Part shown: one piece after another, positions 45,824-58,308 of the stretch
How positions within the stretch are numbered: the first letter of the stretch is position 1
Layout: every line of letters begins with the position of its first letter
Assembly (NCBI GenBank): GCA_977018835.1
Contig: OZ361260.1
Coordinates: 1,860,001-1,924,000 of the forward strand
Direction of reading: 5' to 3'
Source of the DNA: Minutocellus sp. GHC0000111
Lineage: Eukaryota
Length of the DNA stretch: 64,000 nucleotides
The notes under the pieces: generated by a model
The model's database searches: none
Seen by the model: the letters and a program-made list of their open reading frames with translations, nothing else
Told to the model about the DNA's origin: nothing
Translations under genes and position numbers: made by a program

Positions 45824-47016
45824 ATGATATACAGCCATGCCATCCCAGTAGCTCTGGTGGCGGCATTCACTTGTTCAGCGTGCCCTGCGACTGATGTGCG
45901 CTCTTCATCAAGAACAACGAGCTTGAATGCATGCGAGGAGCGAGTGGGAATTGCACTGCTGCATCAACGATTTCGTAATCGCCAGATGCGGATGTTTGGT
46001 CTTACTAGATCTAGTAGGAATCCTACGTGTAGTAGTGGTGGTTCTTGTAACTCATTTGGCGGCAAGAAATTTCGATGCCACCCATGTAGACGTGTCGGTG
46101 GTGTGTCCTTGCTCTCACGTGCTGTAAGGGGAGGATCCTCGACGCCGTCTGATGTTACCACTAACCTTACCGCTGACCCACCACCTTCTGGATACAGCAG
46201 CGTTGGTGAATCGTACCACTTGATGTGGTCGCCTTCTTTTGGGAGAAAATTTTTAATGAGCACAATCATTCTCTTTGCCGTTACACGCATGTTTACGATG
46301 CCGACAATCCGTTCCGGGCTGGGATTGGAAGGTTTTTTGCTTCCATCGAATGTAGAGGGTTGTCACAGTAGTCCAGGTACAACTGCAGAGATTGCACCTT
46401 CAACATTATCTCGGTTAATTCGTCAAATTCTTTTGCCTCTTTTATCATCTTCGTGCTGTGCAGTGCAACTTGTCATCAATGTAATCGGCATTGGTTGCGC
46501 TGGATTGAACACCGTCTTAGGACCATTCCGCCCGTTCTTTCTTTCACTGCTCGTCTATTTCACGACCGTTTCGTACCCTGGCCTCCAAGCGGGACTTGGA
46601 AAATGGTGCGGGAACACTGCAATATCCTTCGTTTTTGCTCTGATGCCAGAGCATTTGCACAAATGGAACCATTCATTGAGCTTTAGAAAAGGTCGAGCCA
46701 CGCAAATGAATACCGATGCGAATGTCTGTGTAACAGTGGAGTTGGACATTCCGAGCATGGGTTGCGTTGCCTGCATTAACAAAATCGATTCGACGCTTAG
46801 TGGCATCAGTGGTGTGATCAACAGTAGATCCTGGCTCATTGACGACCCGAAAGGAGGCCGTGCCGGATGGTCATTTCGGCCAACTCAAATGATGATTTTG
46901 ATGAGATAATCAAGTCAGTCGTAGAAAGAGTTGCCAGCTCAGGATTTCCTTGCACAGTTGATACAGTAGCAGTGGCAACAGTCAGCCATACAGTTGATAA
47001 TACTACACGTACGTAG
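45824..47016 (+). pseudogene. MerT-like membrane region + HMA domain protein; frameshift at about 46863
   Basis: LLSSSCCAVQL helix, further TM helices, IPSMGCVACINKID; the HMA C-terminus (RMVISA...SGFPC) is in another frame. Confidence 0.65.
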
Positions 47017-48174
47017 TAGTCGAGAGGAGTCAAACGGAAAAGCTGCGTCGCCCTATCTAGCTAGACTAGCAAAGATTGTTACTCAAGACCCGCTATTTTT
47101 AGACACTCTCTTGCGATGATCTCCTCTATACTGGTTGTATTTTGACAATGCCCGTCAAAAGGATCCCAGTACACTCTCGTTCGCTAGCTAGACTATGTCT
47201 CGGGCGAATGAACAGAGTCGAGTCCTCGCTTCCATGATTCACGCAAATTTACACGGCAATGCGGCATGCATACAAAAATACAATTCATCCATTTCAGCTA
47301 AGAATCCGCCAGCAACCCTCTACCCAAACCAGACTCTCCGTCGTCCTCCGGATCCTGTTCTTGATCAAAAATTACTTCGTTCAAAATGCCCGCGGCCGCA
47401 TCTCCACTTTCTGGTCGCCTCCCTCTCATGTACCTGCAGCATCCCTTGCATCCATGTCTCGAAAATACCACGCAGCACTGGTTACATGGGGTGAGGCGGG
47501 GTGGGTAGGAAGGTGTGAGGAGTGGAGATAAGCGGGCCGAGCAGCAAGCAGCAAGCAATGCAATTTAACTCTACTAGTCTAGCTAGCTAGGACAAACACA
47601 TTAAACAAGTCAAGTCACGTCAATGTCAAGAGTCAAGAGTCAAAAGGTCATATTCGATTCATCAAGGGCAAAACTCACATTCTTGCAACCAATGCAACAG
47701 CTGCGGCCAAAAGTAACGACGGTGAAAAAGAACATTAGCACGATGATTCCAACTAGAGTGTATCCAAGAATATTTGCCGCCATCTCATTTGCGTGGGACT
47801 CATCTCCGTTGGGGTCAGTGTGGTTGCCGGTGCCGGTGCTGTTTCCCAGGCCGAACCCCACGGCAGCAGCTGGCCAATGCATGGCCATTACACTCATGTC
47901 GTCAAGCTCCCCAGCACATAATGATGGAAATGAAAGGAGTATAAGGGAGCAAACGGTAAGTGGTGGTTGTACACTCGTCATTGTTCTCATCATCTTCGTG
48001 TTGTTCTGGCTGGCGAAGCGAAGCGAAAGGCTCTGGCCGCAAATGCTGGCAGCATGCGGTGTCCGGGTTACTAAGTTCGCAGTGTGCTCAGTCATCATGT
48101 GCAAAGATACCCTCGTATGCTTGCTCCATCATCGCCGCTCACCATATCAATTGACGATATTGCCGTAGGAAGCA

Positions 48175-49011
48175 ATGAATAGACCACTTCATTTCAGTAC
48201 TTGTTTCGCCCTTGTGGTGATAGCTTCCATCCTAATATCAGCAACAGCTGGCCCATCCATTCGCTCTGATGATGAAGATGAGAATGGACGTTTGCATTTT
48301 CCCATCGTCCGTGGCAATCGGAATAGCAATCCCGCAAAGGCAATAGATTCGGCGGGGTTGGATACGGAGATCCTGAGTCATTCTGATATTAATAATGACA
48401 GCTTTGCTGAAAATACGACGTCATCGCCAGCGCCATCGAATCCACCCTCGATTTCTCCCATGCCTACGGCGATGGGTGGACACAACATGACTACTGTTTC
48501 GCCAGCTCCGTCCCTGTCCTCGCCACCTACGCCGGCAGGCGGGGTCCCATCGGCACCACCATCAATTTCCAACCCACCCACGACGACCAATCACACCCAC
48601 CCCCCGTCAGTCTCGCCGGTGCCATCCGCACCGCCAACTCCAGACAATGATAATGAAAAGGGAGGTCTGTCCTTTTTCCAGAAATTTGTAAAAGCCGTTA
48701 CCTGGACTATTGTCGCACTGGTCACAGCTTTGGCGTTCGGTTGGATAGTATCCAATCACAGACGTATCCTCCCCCTTCTTGGGGAGCTCTGGCTTCGGAT
48801 TCGAACAACCGACTGGCTGAGGTTCGTTATGAACGTGGCGTCAAGGACTAGGGAGGCCTGCTCAGGACTGTACCACCGCTTGCGTTTTGGCAGATGGAGC
48901 TTCCGAGGCCTCGGAGGACGCGATTATGACACAGTCCCACTAAATGAGATCGTATTTGATCCACACGACAGTGGAGATCCGACAGAGTTGCTCCTGCAGA
49001 GGGAAAGGTGA
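48175..49011 (+). CDS. Type I membrane protein with P/S/T-rich ectodomain
   Basis: Signal peptide, PSxxP repeats, TM helix AVTWTIVALVTALAFGWIV. Confidence 0.7.
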   Translation: MNRPLHFSTCFALVVIASILISATAGPSIRSDDEDENGRLHFPIVRGNRNSNPAKAIDSAGLDTEILSHSDINNDSFAENTTSSPAPSNPPSISPMPTAMGGHNMTTVSPAPSLSSPPTPAGGVPSAPPSISNPPTTTNHTHPPSVSPVPSAPPTPDNDNEKGGLSFFQKFVKAVTWTIVALVTALAFGWIVSNHRRILPLLGELWLRIRTTDWLRFVMNVASRTREACSGLYHRLRFGRWSFRGLGGRDYDTVPLNEIVFDPHDSGDPTELLLQRER

Positions 49012-49335
49012 GAAGGACAAGAAGATAATATCTCTGGATAGGGTGAGGGCAAAACGCAATCTTTCAAAACATTTCCGGTCCATGTCAAATCAGGTGCAAT
49101 CGATGTAACCTATATTGAGAAGTCGATTGGGTGTGCAAGTCCATCTTTGGTGCACAAATATGCATACATATACATAAATTAGAGCGGTGCTGACCAGGCA
49201 CATTTTGTGATTCTGCTTCGCCTTGTCAAATCTAAATTCAAGTTAAAATTGTTCGAACCACTTCACAGCCACATGTACAATTGTAGCACAGCAATCTCGA
49301 ATGTATTCCATCATCAATCGGTCCTCCTCTTGCTG

Positions 49336-51053
49336 TTACAATCGGCAAATATACGAGCTGCTCTGTGTGACATAACGAACCCAACGGTAGGGTGTGTAGC
49401 CGGGCATGTTCTCTGCTATCCTCAAGTACTTGATCTGCAAGTTGGATACATTGTACATGGGTATATCAAAATTCATTCCGATTGGACCAATCTCCCTTCG
49501 AATGCTCGAGGTGCATGGCTGGTTAAGCGTCACCTTGATTCTCATGGTCTGCTCGGAATTTCCTGGCAACTTCTTCATTGTCCACACCACCTTCCGATCC
49601 TGGGCAGAATATTCAGCGTGTGCTCCCGTCGTTCCTGGACTGGTCACGAGGCTGCACGACGCAGCGGCAGTACATTTTGGCTATGGCAGCTCGAGTGATA
49701 CGTTAGCGCCAAAGTGATTCTCCGGCATCTCCGCACGAACAAGGACCGAGATCTCCATCGTCTTGGGTGCCGTCTCTTCAATGGCGGGGAAGATACGGAA
49801 GGGGGTCTTGAAATCGCCGGTAAGACGGTAGTTGAGAACGACAAATTCGCCGTCCGGGGGTCGAAATTGCAGAGTCTTGGCATATTCGAATTCGTTGAGA
49901 TTGACGCTTTCGTGGAAGTTGATATCATCGAGAACGACCGCGCCGTACGGTGCCGCGGATGACTTTTCGCGTCCGACAACAAGGTCTTCGTTCAAGGCCA
50001 ATCTTAGTTCAGGATTACCCGCTAGGTAGGACTTCATCTGAATGCAGCCATCGATGGTTGAGTTCAGGACGTACCCGTTGTTCGAAAAGAGGACGTTGAG
50101 CCGCTCAAGGATGTCGACGAAAATTTCATTCTTTTGGTTGGTGCTGTTCGTCTTCTTTCCGGAGGCATTGACCGAATTGATGACCGGTTTGTGTACGGCG
50201 CTAGCCGAGGCCGTTTTAGGATTGACCATTTGTCCCGTGTTGACGACAGGCGTAACGACGATGGGCTCATTGTACACGAACGATTTGAGGTTCTCCGTGG
50301 AAGTGACCTGTGGGTATCCATAGTCCAGCATTTCGTCGAGAAGTTCATAAAGGAGGATGAGTTCTTCCGTATGGCTTCCTCGGACAGTGTGCCGCAGTAG
50401 TCCTTGAAGACTTTGGCGATTTTGGAGAGAAGCTTTTGGAAGAGTGGGTGACAAAATGGATGGGGGAGAAGTAGTTGTTCGCAACAGATAACAATAATGG
50501 GTGAGCAAGTAGATGTGGTGTCGGGTCGGTAGGAGGAGAAATGAAAATAAATGCTTTCGGTGCGCATTGCTCCACACATTCGGCATATCTCATGATTTTT
50601 TTGTGTGTGGGCGGAACTTACCTCAACAACAGTGCATGGGCTGACATTCCGGTTAGTAGAGCAGCCAAAGATGAGCCCATTCCTCTTCACGTGGATGTAA
50701 CTGAGGCCGTCGGGCATGATGAACACCGGGGGTGCATCTCCCTTCCGATCGGTCGATTCCCCTCCTCCACTGTTCCCACCGTTGCCTCCGGACGTTCCAT
50801 CCGCTGCGCTACCGCTACCACCGTCGGTCCCCGCGGCACCGTCGCCGCCCGCAGAGGCGACACTCGTCGGCGTTAAACCAGTGGAATCGGCAATGCCCGG
50901 GGTGGCAATGCCGTCCCAAAACTTGACCTTGCGAAAGAAGGCCTCGGTGTGCGACCGCTCGTGAGCTCCCACATCGTCACTGGTTCTGTAGGACTTTGCA
51001 ATAACTGTGTCGCCACGGGGGCTAATGATGAAAAAGTTATTCAACACAATCAT
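49336..51053 (-). pseudogene. AP4M1: AP-4 adaptor complex mu subunit; intron 50433-50621, frameshift at about 50360, in-frame TAG at 49681-49683
   Basis: FFIISPRGD, LSEEAIRKN/(F)ILLYELLDEMLDYGYPQ, KNEIFVDILER, PPDGEFVVLNY, PYRWVRYVTQSSSY. Confidence 0.85.
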
Positions 51054-51685
51054 TTGTACTAGCCTTTGTATTCCGTCGCACGGCACCCCAGCTGCCTCGA
51101 GTATGGTGAAGTGGGAAGTACTCTACACGGATACGCACGGAGCAGCAGCCAAGCGAACGGCACAACGGCGCACCAGCAGCAGCCAGCCAGCCACGCGGTC
51201 GCGTCGGCCAGAGGCGAGAGGCGTACCTAGGTAGGCCTACAATGTACATGTAGGCCTACCTAGGTAGGCCTAGAGTAGGCCGGCCATTTTTGCACTCACA
51301 CGTCACATTTGCATCATCGAGAAACAGCTCCGCCGCACCCTGCCGTCGGTACATGTATTTTGCAGGTAGAGTCTAGCTAGGAACTTCCTACACGTAGCTA
51401 GGCCTAGGTAGGTGATGCTGGTCCTCATGGCGGTATTTTGCAGGTGATGCTGGTCTTCCTCATAGGTGCTGGTGTGTATCGTCGTATACAGTGAAGGGTA
51501 CCGTATCACTTTCTGCAAGGGATGGCTTTCTGCACTTTCTATTGCGTAGACGTTTAATATAATCTACCAGTAGATCTACCGGTACTGGTGACTTTTAAAA
51601 TTGATCTATCTACACATGCACCAGTAGACTACATGTAGATCTAATACCGGCATGTACTGGTATGTACAGTATTGATGTATTAGAT

Positions 51686-54600
51686 CTATGCACCATCGGA
51701 CTTTCTCACACTAGTAGTACCACCACTTTCAGTGTCATCTCCACCAGTGGTTGTGTTCGTAATGTGCCCAGAGTTTTCTGTGTCTGGCAGGCTTGCATCG
51801 TCTACATGTTCATAGCTGTTGAACAAATCCAAACCGGCAGCATTGTCCTCGGGAACATCATCGATGAAGAGGGCCCCAACAACAGCCACAACTCGACCAT
51901 TTCCTCCGGGCAAAGGCGGCAGGTCTGAGTGTCTCACTACACTTTCCCCGGAAGTCTGAGAGCGGGCCATGGAACGGATGGGGAGATGTCGAACCCTCTC
52001 CTGGATTTCTCGGCGTCGTCGCTGCTGCCGACGGATGAGAAGATCTCGTCTTCTTTGTCGACGCTTTTGAGCTGGGTCATTCACACGCAAATCCATCAGC
52101 ATCGTTGCGACGGCCTTGTCCTTGTTGGTTCGGAACGAGTTTCGAAGTCGCCTGTCGGCATTCCGTCTGCGTCGATTATTATTTGAAGCAAGTGATGAGC
52201 TTGCAGTAGATCCCAGGTTCAAACGGAATCGCGCTGTTTCGGGGAAAGCAGTAAATGCGGCGCGAGGCAGGTTTGAAGGAGCTCTGGCCTCCACGTTACT
52301 GAGAGGATGACTGTTTCGCCGGCTTCTATCACTTTGCCTACGCCAACTGCTGCTACTGCTGCTACCGGAGCCGATTCTTTGGTTCATCCTGCTTCTTACA
52401 TTCCTCTTATATGCCTTCACGGCACCCATTCCTCCAATACCTGCGCCCAGAACCACAACAACACTAATGGCAAGGAAACCAATCACATCACCAGTTTTCA
52501 TGGAAGAAAACACTCTAAATGTCCGAGTAAAGATATCAACCGGGGTATCAACGAGATCTTTTGCACGATCAACATAAATGTCCGATAGCGGTGGCTTCAT
52601 CCACGGCCAGTGAGGTCGATCCATATTGTCGGAGTTGACCACATAGGCGCGCTGGCAAGGCACCAATGTTTCGCGAGGAAAGTCATATGCCTCATTATCA
52701 TCTTGTTGCCCGGTGTTCTCTTCTTTTGGAATGAGCGTCAGCATTTCGTTAGACGAAAACTCAGAGGCGTCATCGCCGCTTCCTGTGCTTCTTCGAAAAG
52801 TCGCCATTGATGTGGGCTCGGTAGTGCCAGAGGTAGGCGCAGCACTTGGAGCTTGGGATAAACTAGGACACATGCATTGACCCGTTTCGTTGTTGCAGAT
52901 GCCATCAATGGCATTTCCTTCTCCATCGATCCCACCAGCGCCAACGCAATCTTGCGGACAATGGAAGGTAGGACAAGTTGATTTTCTGTCAGGACAAGTT
53001 ATGGTATCGTGGGGCCACACTCCCAGCACTTGGCCTGGAAATTGACATTTGGTCCACACACCATCCACCTTGACTCGCAGTGATTGATCGGACAAGACGC
53101 ATGCCACAGGAACGCAGAGGGCTGCCTTTTGTCCATTGACTTGCCCGGTTACACAACGTGAGCCCAAACCAAATTCTTCCGTTTCCTTCACTTTATACCT
53201 AGCAGACTTAGGATTTGTGCAAGTGATTTCGATTTCCCCACCAATAATCGAGGGACATATCGGGACCTCCCACCGATTGTCTTTCAGATGGTGACATGAT
53301 ATCTTTCAGAAAAGAGGGTGTTGAAGAGAAATATGAAAATTCTTCAGGAAGAGATTTGGCATAGCGTACAAGGTTGCACGATGCCTTTCGAAAACTATCA
53401 TCGGAGCAACCGGTCCATTCCATTTCATTGCTAGACTTCTGCATGGATTGCAGCGACCCACGCGTTGGTCAAAATCTGATCGGGAAGGAGCCTGCGACGA
53501 TTCCACGTTACTAGTAGGGAGAAGGGCTCGTGGGTCGTTGCAGAAGAAGGCAGAGTTGGCAGCTCGGACCTTTCCATTGGCCATGATACATTTCTCGTTA
53601 ACGAAAGGACAGCCAGCCCCTCTTCCCCATGGCCCGCTACTGGGAGATGCCTTACTGAAATCAACATCGTACCATCCAGCGTCGGAAAAATAGGCCAGTG
53701 TGAGGGGTGATATTGAAGGCAAAAGGCTAGCCGTGGTCTCGGGGGAAGAAAGAACAAATGATTCCGGACGAGGAAGGGGCACGTCAGTGACAACAGGATT
53801 CATCAAATCATTCTTCAAGACTCGACGGCTCTGATTGGATTCGATGACAATTTCCATTGTAATAGCCCGCAAAAAAATATTTCGAAATTGAGTGGTGTGA
53901 GAATCGCGATACCAATGGTATAATAGAGAAGAAGAAATGATGGTTCATTCAATAATTGGGATGAAGGGCAACGGCACAGCACAGCAACGATCGTAGTTCG
54001 CATTGTATGCTGTTTTAGTCGCTCACACGGCGAAGGTCCTAAGCTTCCCGCTAGACGAAGAGTCAATTATCATTCTCGGGCTTTAATTGCCGCTTTTGGT
54101 ACGAAGAGAACCAAAGCGGTAGAAACCACCCTTAGATTCAGTCAAGAGAAGAAGACAGCAAAATGCTTTGTTTGGAACACTTACCCAATGGTCTTCGATG
54201 CATGCTCCAACATCAGTTTCGGCGTATTGAACATCCTCCGCAGATGATATATCGGCAACTTGGTCGCCTGCAGCATTATCGAGAAAGTCGTAGTCATCCC
54301 TACGGTCACGGCCATCGTCTGTTTGTTGATTGCCATGATCATTGTCATTCAGATCATTCAGATGCCGCTGCCGATTATTTTTCTCTGCAGACGATAACTC
54401 TGATTCCTCGGTATCATATCCGTTCTGTTTCGATGAAGTGGTGATGGGCGATCCTTTCAATCGTTCTACGTGGTAGAGTTCGCCCTCTAGCTCGGCACCC
54501 TCCAATGTATCGCATGAAAAGTGATTCCTAACGACGGCTTGAACCGTCGGAGTTACAATATCGGCGACCCGGACACCTCCTCGGATGGTGCGAAACTTAA

Positions 54601-56460
54601 TCGTGGTCTCGGCGGGTAGCGGTATGGTTGCCCGCTTGCGCCTTCTATTCCGCCTATTCAATATTCCAGTGCACTCAATGTTGACATCTGGCACTTCCCC
54701 AACAATCCAGGGATCTTTGTCACTTTCGTCATTGACGGCCGAGGAAGATATTGGCAATCTAGCAGTTCTTGGCGTCCCATCTCGCTCCCGAAAATGAGCC
54801 AAGCTTTGTATGTTGAAACCAAGAATATGTCAAAGCTCGTGCATGACTGTGAGCTGAGTCAACTGAAGGTGTTTGATGTCGTCCGTCTTTGAAGTGAAGA
54901 ATTTGTCAGGCTCGATGCACAAATGGATCATTCCATGCGTCGGTCGATCGTATTGGTCCGTCGAGCTGAATGGGAAGTGGAATCGGCGTGCATGTTGAGT
55001 GTCATTAGTGAGTGAGACCAGGATTGTGAGATGAAAGGGGGTGAAGCATACAGGTTTGATGTGTGCAACACTAAATTAAAGTAAAATGCAAAAGCCTCGC
55101 CTCCAAAGCAAGCAGTCTATGTGACCGTGCACGAGCCTATTGCATGAAAGACTCACCAATGAGTAGCGCTTGCCAAATAGGCTGGGGAGCATCTCGGGTG
55201 TTTAGTAGCTGTTCCTGAATCCGGTGATTTGTTCTCTAGAAGCGATACTATGGGTGTGTCTGACGGTATTAATTTGCCAAGAGATGGGTGGGTCGCATTC
55301 ACCAAACCATTTGCAGGGCTAAGGGTTGCGTTTGAATCATCCCTCTCTGCCGAAGCTGGCGATTCCAAGCTCTCTGATAGTTGCTGTTGCGAAAAGGGAC
55401 GAAATCCTGCTTCCTTGTAGAGAGCATCGGATCCACGGATGTTCCCAGCCCCAGGATGTTGGTTGGGTTTGGAGAATGTGTCCGCAACGTGACTACTTGT
55501 GCTGCTGGCAGGGATGATGCTATTCGTAGTAGGAGCTTCCTCTTCATCAACGTTGGTATTGTTCGGATCACTCCGTGTACCGGTACCGGTACTTTGCTGC
55601 TGCGCTCGAAATCCGAGCTCAACGTATACCACCAAATCAGCATTCGGGACTCCAACTCCACTATTGGCATTGCCGTGACTCACTGTTGTGTTGTTCGCCG
55701 CCACCGCGCCAAAATCATGAAAATGATGCTCGGGAGGCAGGGCGCTAGGAGTTCCATTTTCATCCAGACCTGGTCCGCATGAGATGCCATCATAGAGTTG
55801 GCTTCTGTCCAAGGTGAGGTTGCCCTCGACCCGGATCAGACGAATGACATCCGACCATGCCTCAATGGCTGGGTTGAGGACGGTGTGTAGAAGGTAATGC
55901 TGCTGCGATTTGGTCAGATGACTCTGGGTGGTCGCAGTTAGGATTGGAACTATTCGTATTGGCTCTGGTGTTGGGCCTGGGGATGTCGGTGATGCCGTTG
56001 GAAAATCACCATCAGCACCAATATCATCAATTGATTCTTCGAAAGGTGTAACCCCGTCTATTTTCGTTTCATCCTCCCCGATGCGCCCGCCATCCTCGCT
56101 ATCGTCGCGACGAACTGCACCTGCTTCGAGTAGGTGTCGGCTCAGTGGGTGGTTGGCCGGATAACTCACAACGCGCGTAGGCGTACGGATACGGCGCTGC
56201 GGCAGCCTGTCTATGCCATCTCTTGTGGTAGGCACATTTGGAAGATGTGCCGCATAGCAGCCACTGTACCCAGATAGTTGGTGAAGAGAGCCCGCAAGTA
56301 GGCATCGGCATATTATGCTTGCCGTCACATGATTATTTGTTTTCCCTTGGGTTTTTTCCTTTCTCGTTTTTCGTCGTCTTGCTGGTGCGGCAGCAGCAGC
56401 AGCAGCGGCAAGGACTTTAGTGGAGCCGCTGCATGCACCTTCCCCTCTCCGTCTCTTCAT
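51686..56460 (-). pseudogene. Leishmanolysin-like (M8) metalloprotease with TM anchor, multi-exon; TGA within HExxH (54830-54832) and frameshift at about 53455
   Basis: C-STDQYDRPTHG, VMHEL*HILGF, VRNHFSCDTLEGAELE, DHW, NDLM, TLAYFSDAGWYDVDF, WGRGAGCPFV; introns 54966-55156 and from 54184. Confidence 0.8.
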
Positions 56461-57781
56461 GACGTTTGGGATTGTCTTGGTTACTGACGCGGAGTGGCTG
56501 GAATTTAACTTGTACCTAGGTACAGTATGTGTAGCGCAGCAGCAGGCCAGCGCGCCACGGCCTCGCCTCTAGCTAGCACGCCGCGCCGTGGTCGTGGTCG
56601 CGCCGTAGATTCGATTCGACCATGCATGGCGATGGCGCTGCGGAATGGTACTAACTAAGGCCTTTTTATTTCTGTGAGACATCATTCAGAAGTTGAGATC
56701 GATACGAAGCCGATGACGCATGACGAGCCAGATAGCATGCATCATACAAGAGCTCTGCTGCTCATGTGGTCTCGGTGGTGTGGCGACGGACAGACCAAAT
56801 GGCATCGGAGGGGTGGGTTCCCATCCGCTGGTTCGTAGCCTGTGCACTGTTTCTACGTAGCTTGGCTGGCATGTCGTGCTTTCTGTCCTGAGTGTTCATT
56901 GTTGGTGTTCATTGCAGAGGTGGGAGAGAGGGGCTACAGCAGATGGCCCAGGTGCCCTGGCGGGGCTGCTGTTTGGTTGCTCTCTTTCTTCCTGTTGCCG
57001 TGTGTCCGTGATGAGCTAGCTGTTCCTCTTCTTTTTTTTATTATTATAAATTGGCACTTCGTGCTACAATTCTTTTCTTACTGCTTAAGCATAACTCTCT
57101 TTACTTTTTATACGTTTCTTGTTTATAGTCGATGCCTCTTCCTGCATTTACTAATGTTGAATGCTCAACAATCCTATATGGCCGAGACGTATAATGACGT
57201 CATATGGAAAGTAGTGAGACATTCTGCTCACAGGTGCGCGTTCAAATCGTGGCCGTCGATCGTATCCTGCATCGGTGCGCCGTGTGAGCTCCATTGTAAT
57301 TGTACATCGTCGTCTTCGTTGCGCTCGTGGCGGTGTCGTCGTGGTGTTTCTTGTCTCTTCTGTTTCCCTACCATGGATTCGTTTGCGGCTTCTCCCCTCG
57401 GCAAGGAATTCTTTCGTCGTTTGTGGTTGTCCTCTCACTGTCGCCAATGCTAACCCTACCCATCTCTCGTCCCCGTCATTCGTTGATATCGTTCTCTCGA
57501 ATGAATTTCACTCCTTCATCGTCGATCTTTGTCTGTCTCGTTATATATTTGTATCTTCCGCTGTCGTCGATCCTGTATCTCGGTCTCTCGAATCTCCTCG
57601 GTCTTTTGGTTGTCTCTCTTCTTCGTCGAGCCTCGTCGATCGGTGTCTTATTTTTGATATCTTCCGTCGTACTGTTTATCGCATTGACGGGATATTTTTC
57701 TTCCGTCGACCTCATAGCTCTTTTCGTCTTCGTCGTTCTGGGTCGGACATTGATTGGAGTGGTTCTGTTTTACCTTTTGTA

Positions 57782-58204
57782 ATGTCATGTGTCCCGACGT
57801 TTCGCACGGTCTTTCGGCATCCTGAATTTGCACGTTTTGTCCAATCATTAGCTTCCGAACCTCACGGCCCCGGCGCGGCATCTGCAGGTCCTATTCATGC
57901 TTCTTTTTGCCATTTCATAGCATCTTTTCTTGCTGTGAACCAGCTTGAGCAAGTCGACGTCTTACGTGTTATCCATGCAGCTGACAGAGAGTCAATCTGT
58001 TCCGATGAAATCCCCATGCTCTATGTACGTGATGCCAACGTTGGATCCGCTGCTTACGTTTTCAGATCTAATTTTGACTCCAACCCCCATCTCCCTAGCG
58101 ATGTTTTTGCCTCCTCGTCTCCCGTCTTTCGTTACCTCAGATCATGCTTTCGATCTGGTCCTCATTTCGATCCTTCTGGTCCTGATGATTACGGTCAGCT
58201 CTGA
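57782..58204 (+). CDS. Possible hypothetical protein
   Basis: MSCVPTFRTVFRHPEF... protein-like 140-aa stretch convergent with the next gene; no motif recognised. Confidence 0.3.
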   Translation: MSCVPTFRTVFRHPEFARFVQSLASEPHGPGAASAGPIHASFCHFIASFLAVNQLEQVDVLRVIHAADRESICSDEIPMLYVRDANVGSAAYVFRSNFDSNPHLPSDVFASSSPVFRYLRSCFRSGPHFDPSGPDDYGQL

Positions 58205-58308
58205 AGATTTCATGTACCTCGCTCTATTTATCTTTGTGGAATATTCAACATTTGTAGATATCTCTTCTTTAATTTTGCTAGTATTATATACATATATATT
58301 AATTATTC

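Noticed and set aside
47640..48104. Small single-TM ORF
   Set aside because: Plausible but start, exon structure and identity could not be supported.
25900..54832. Stop-codon reassignment explaining the in-frame stops
   Set aside because: Context implies different residues (TGA for Ser, TGA for Gly, TAG for Leu), each one base from a sense codon; TGA and TAG end other genes normally.
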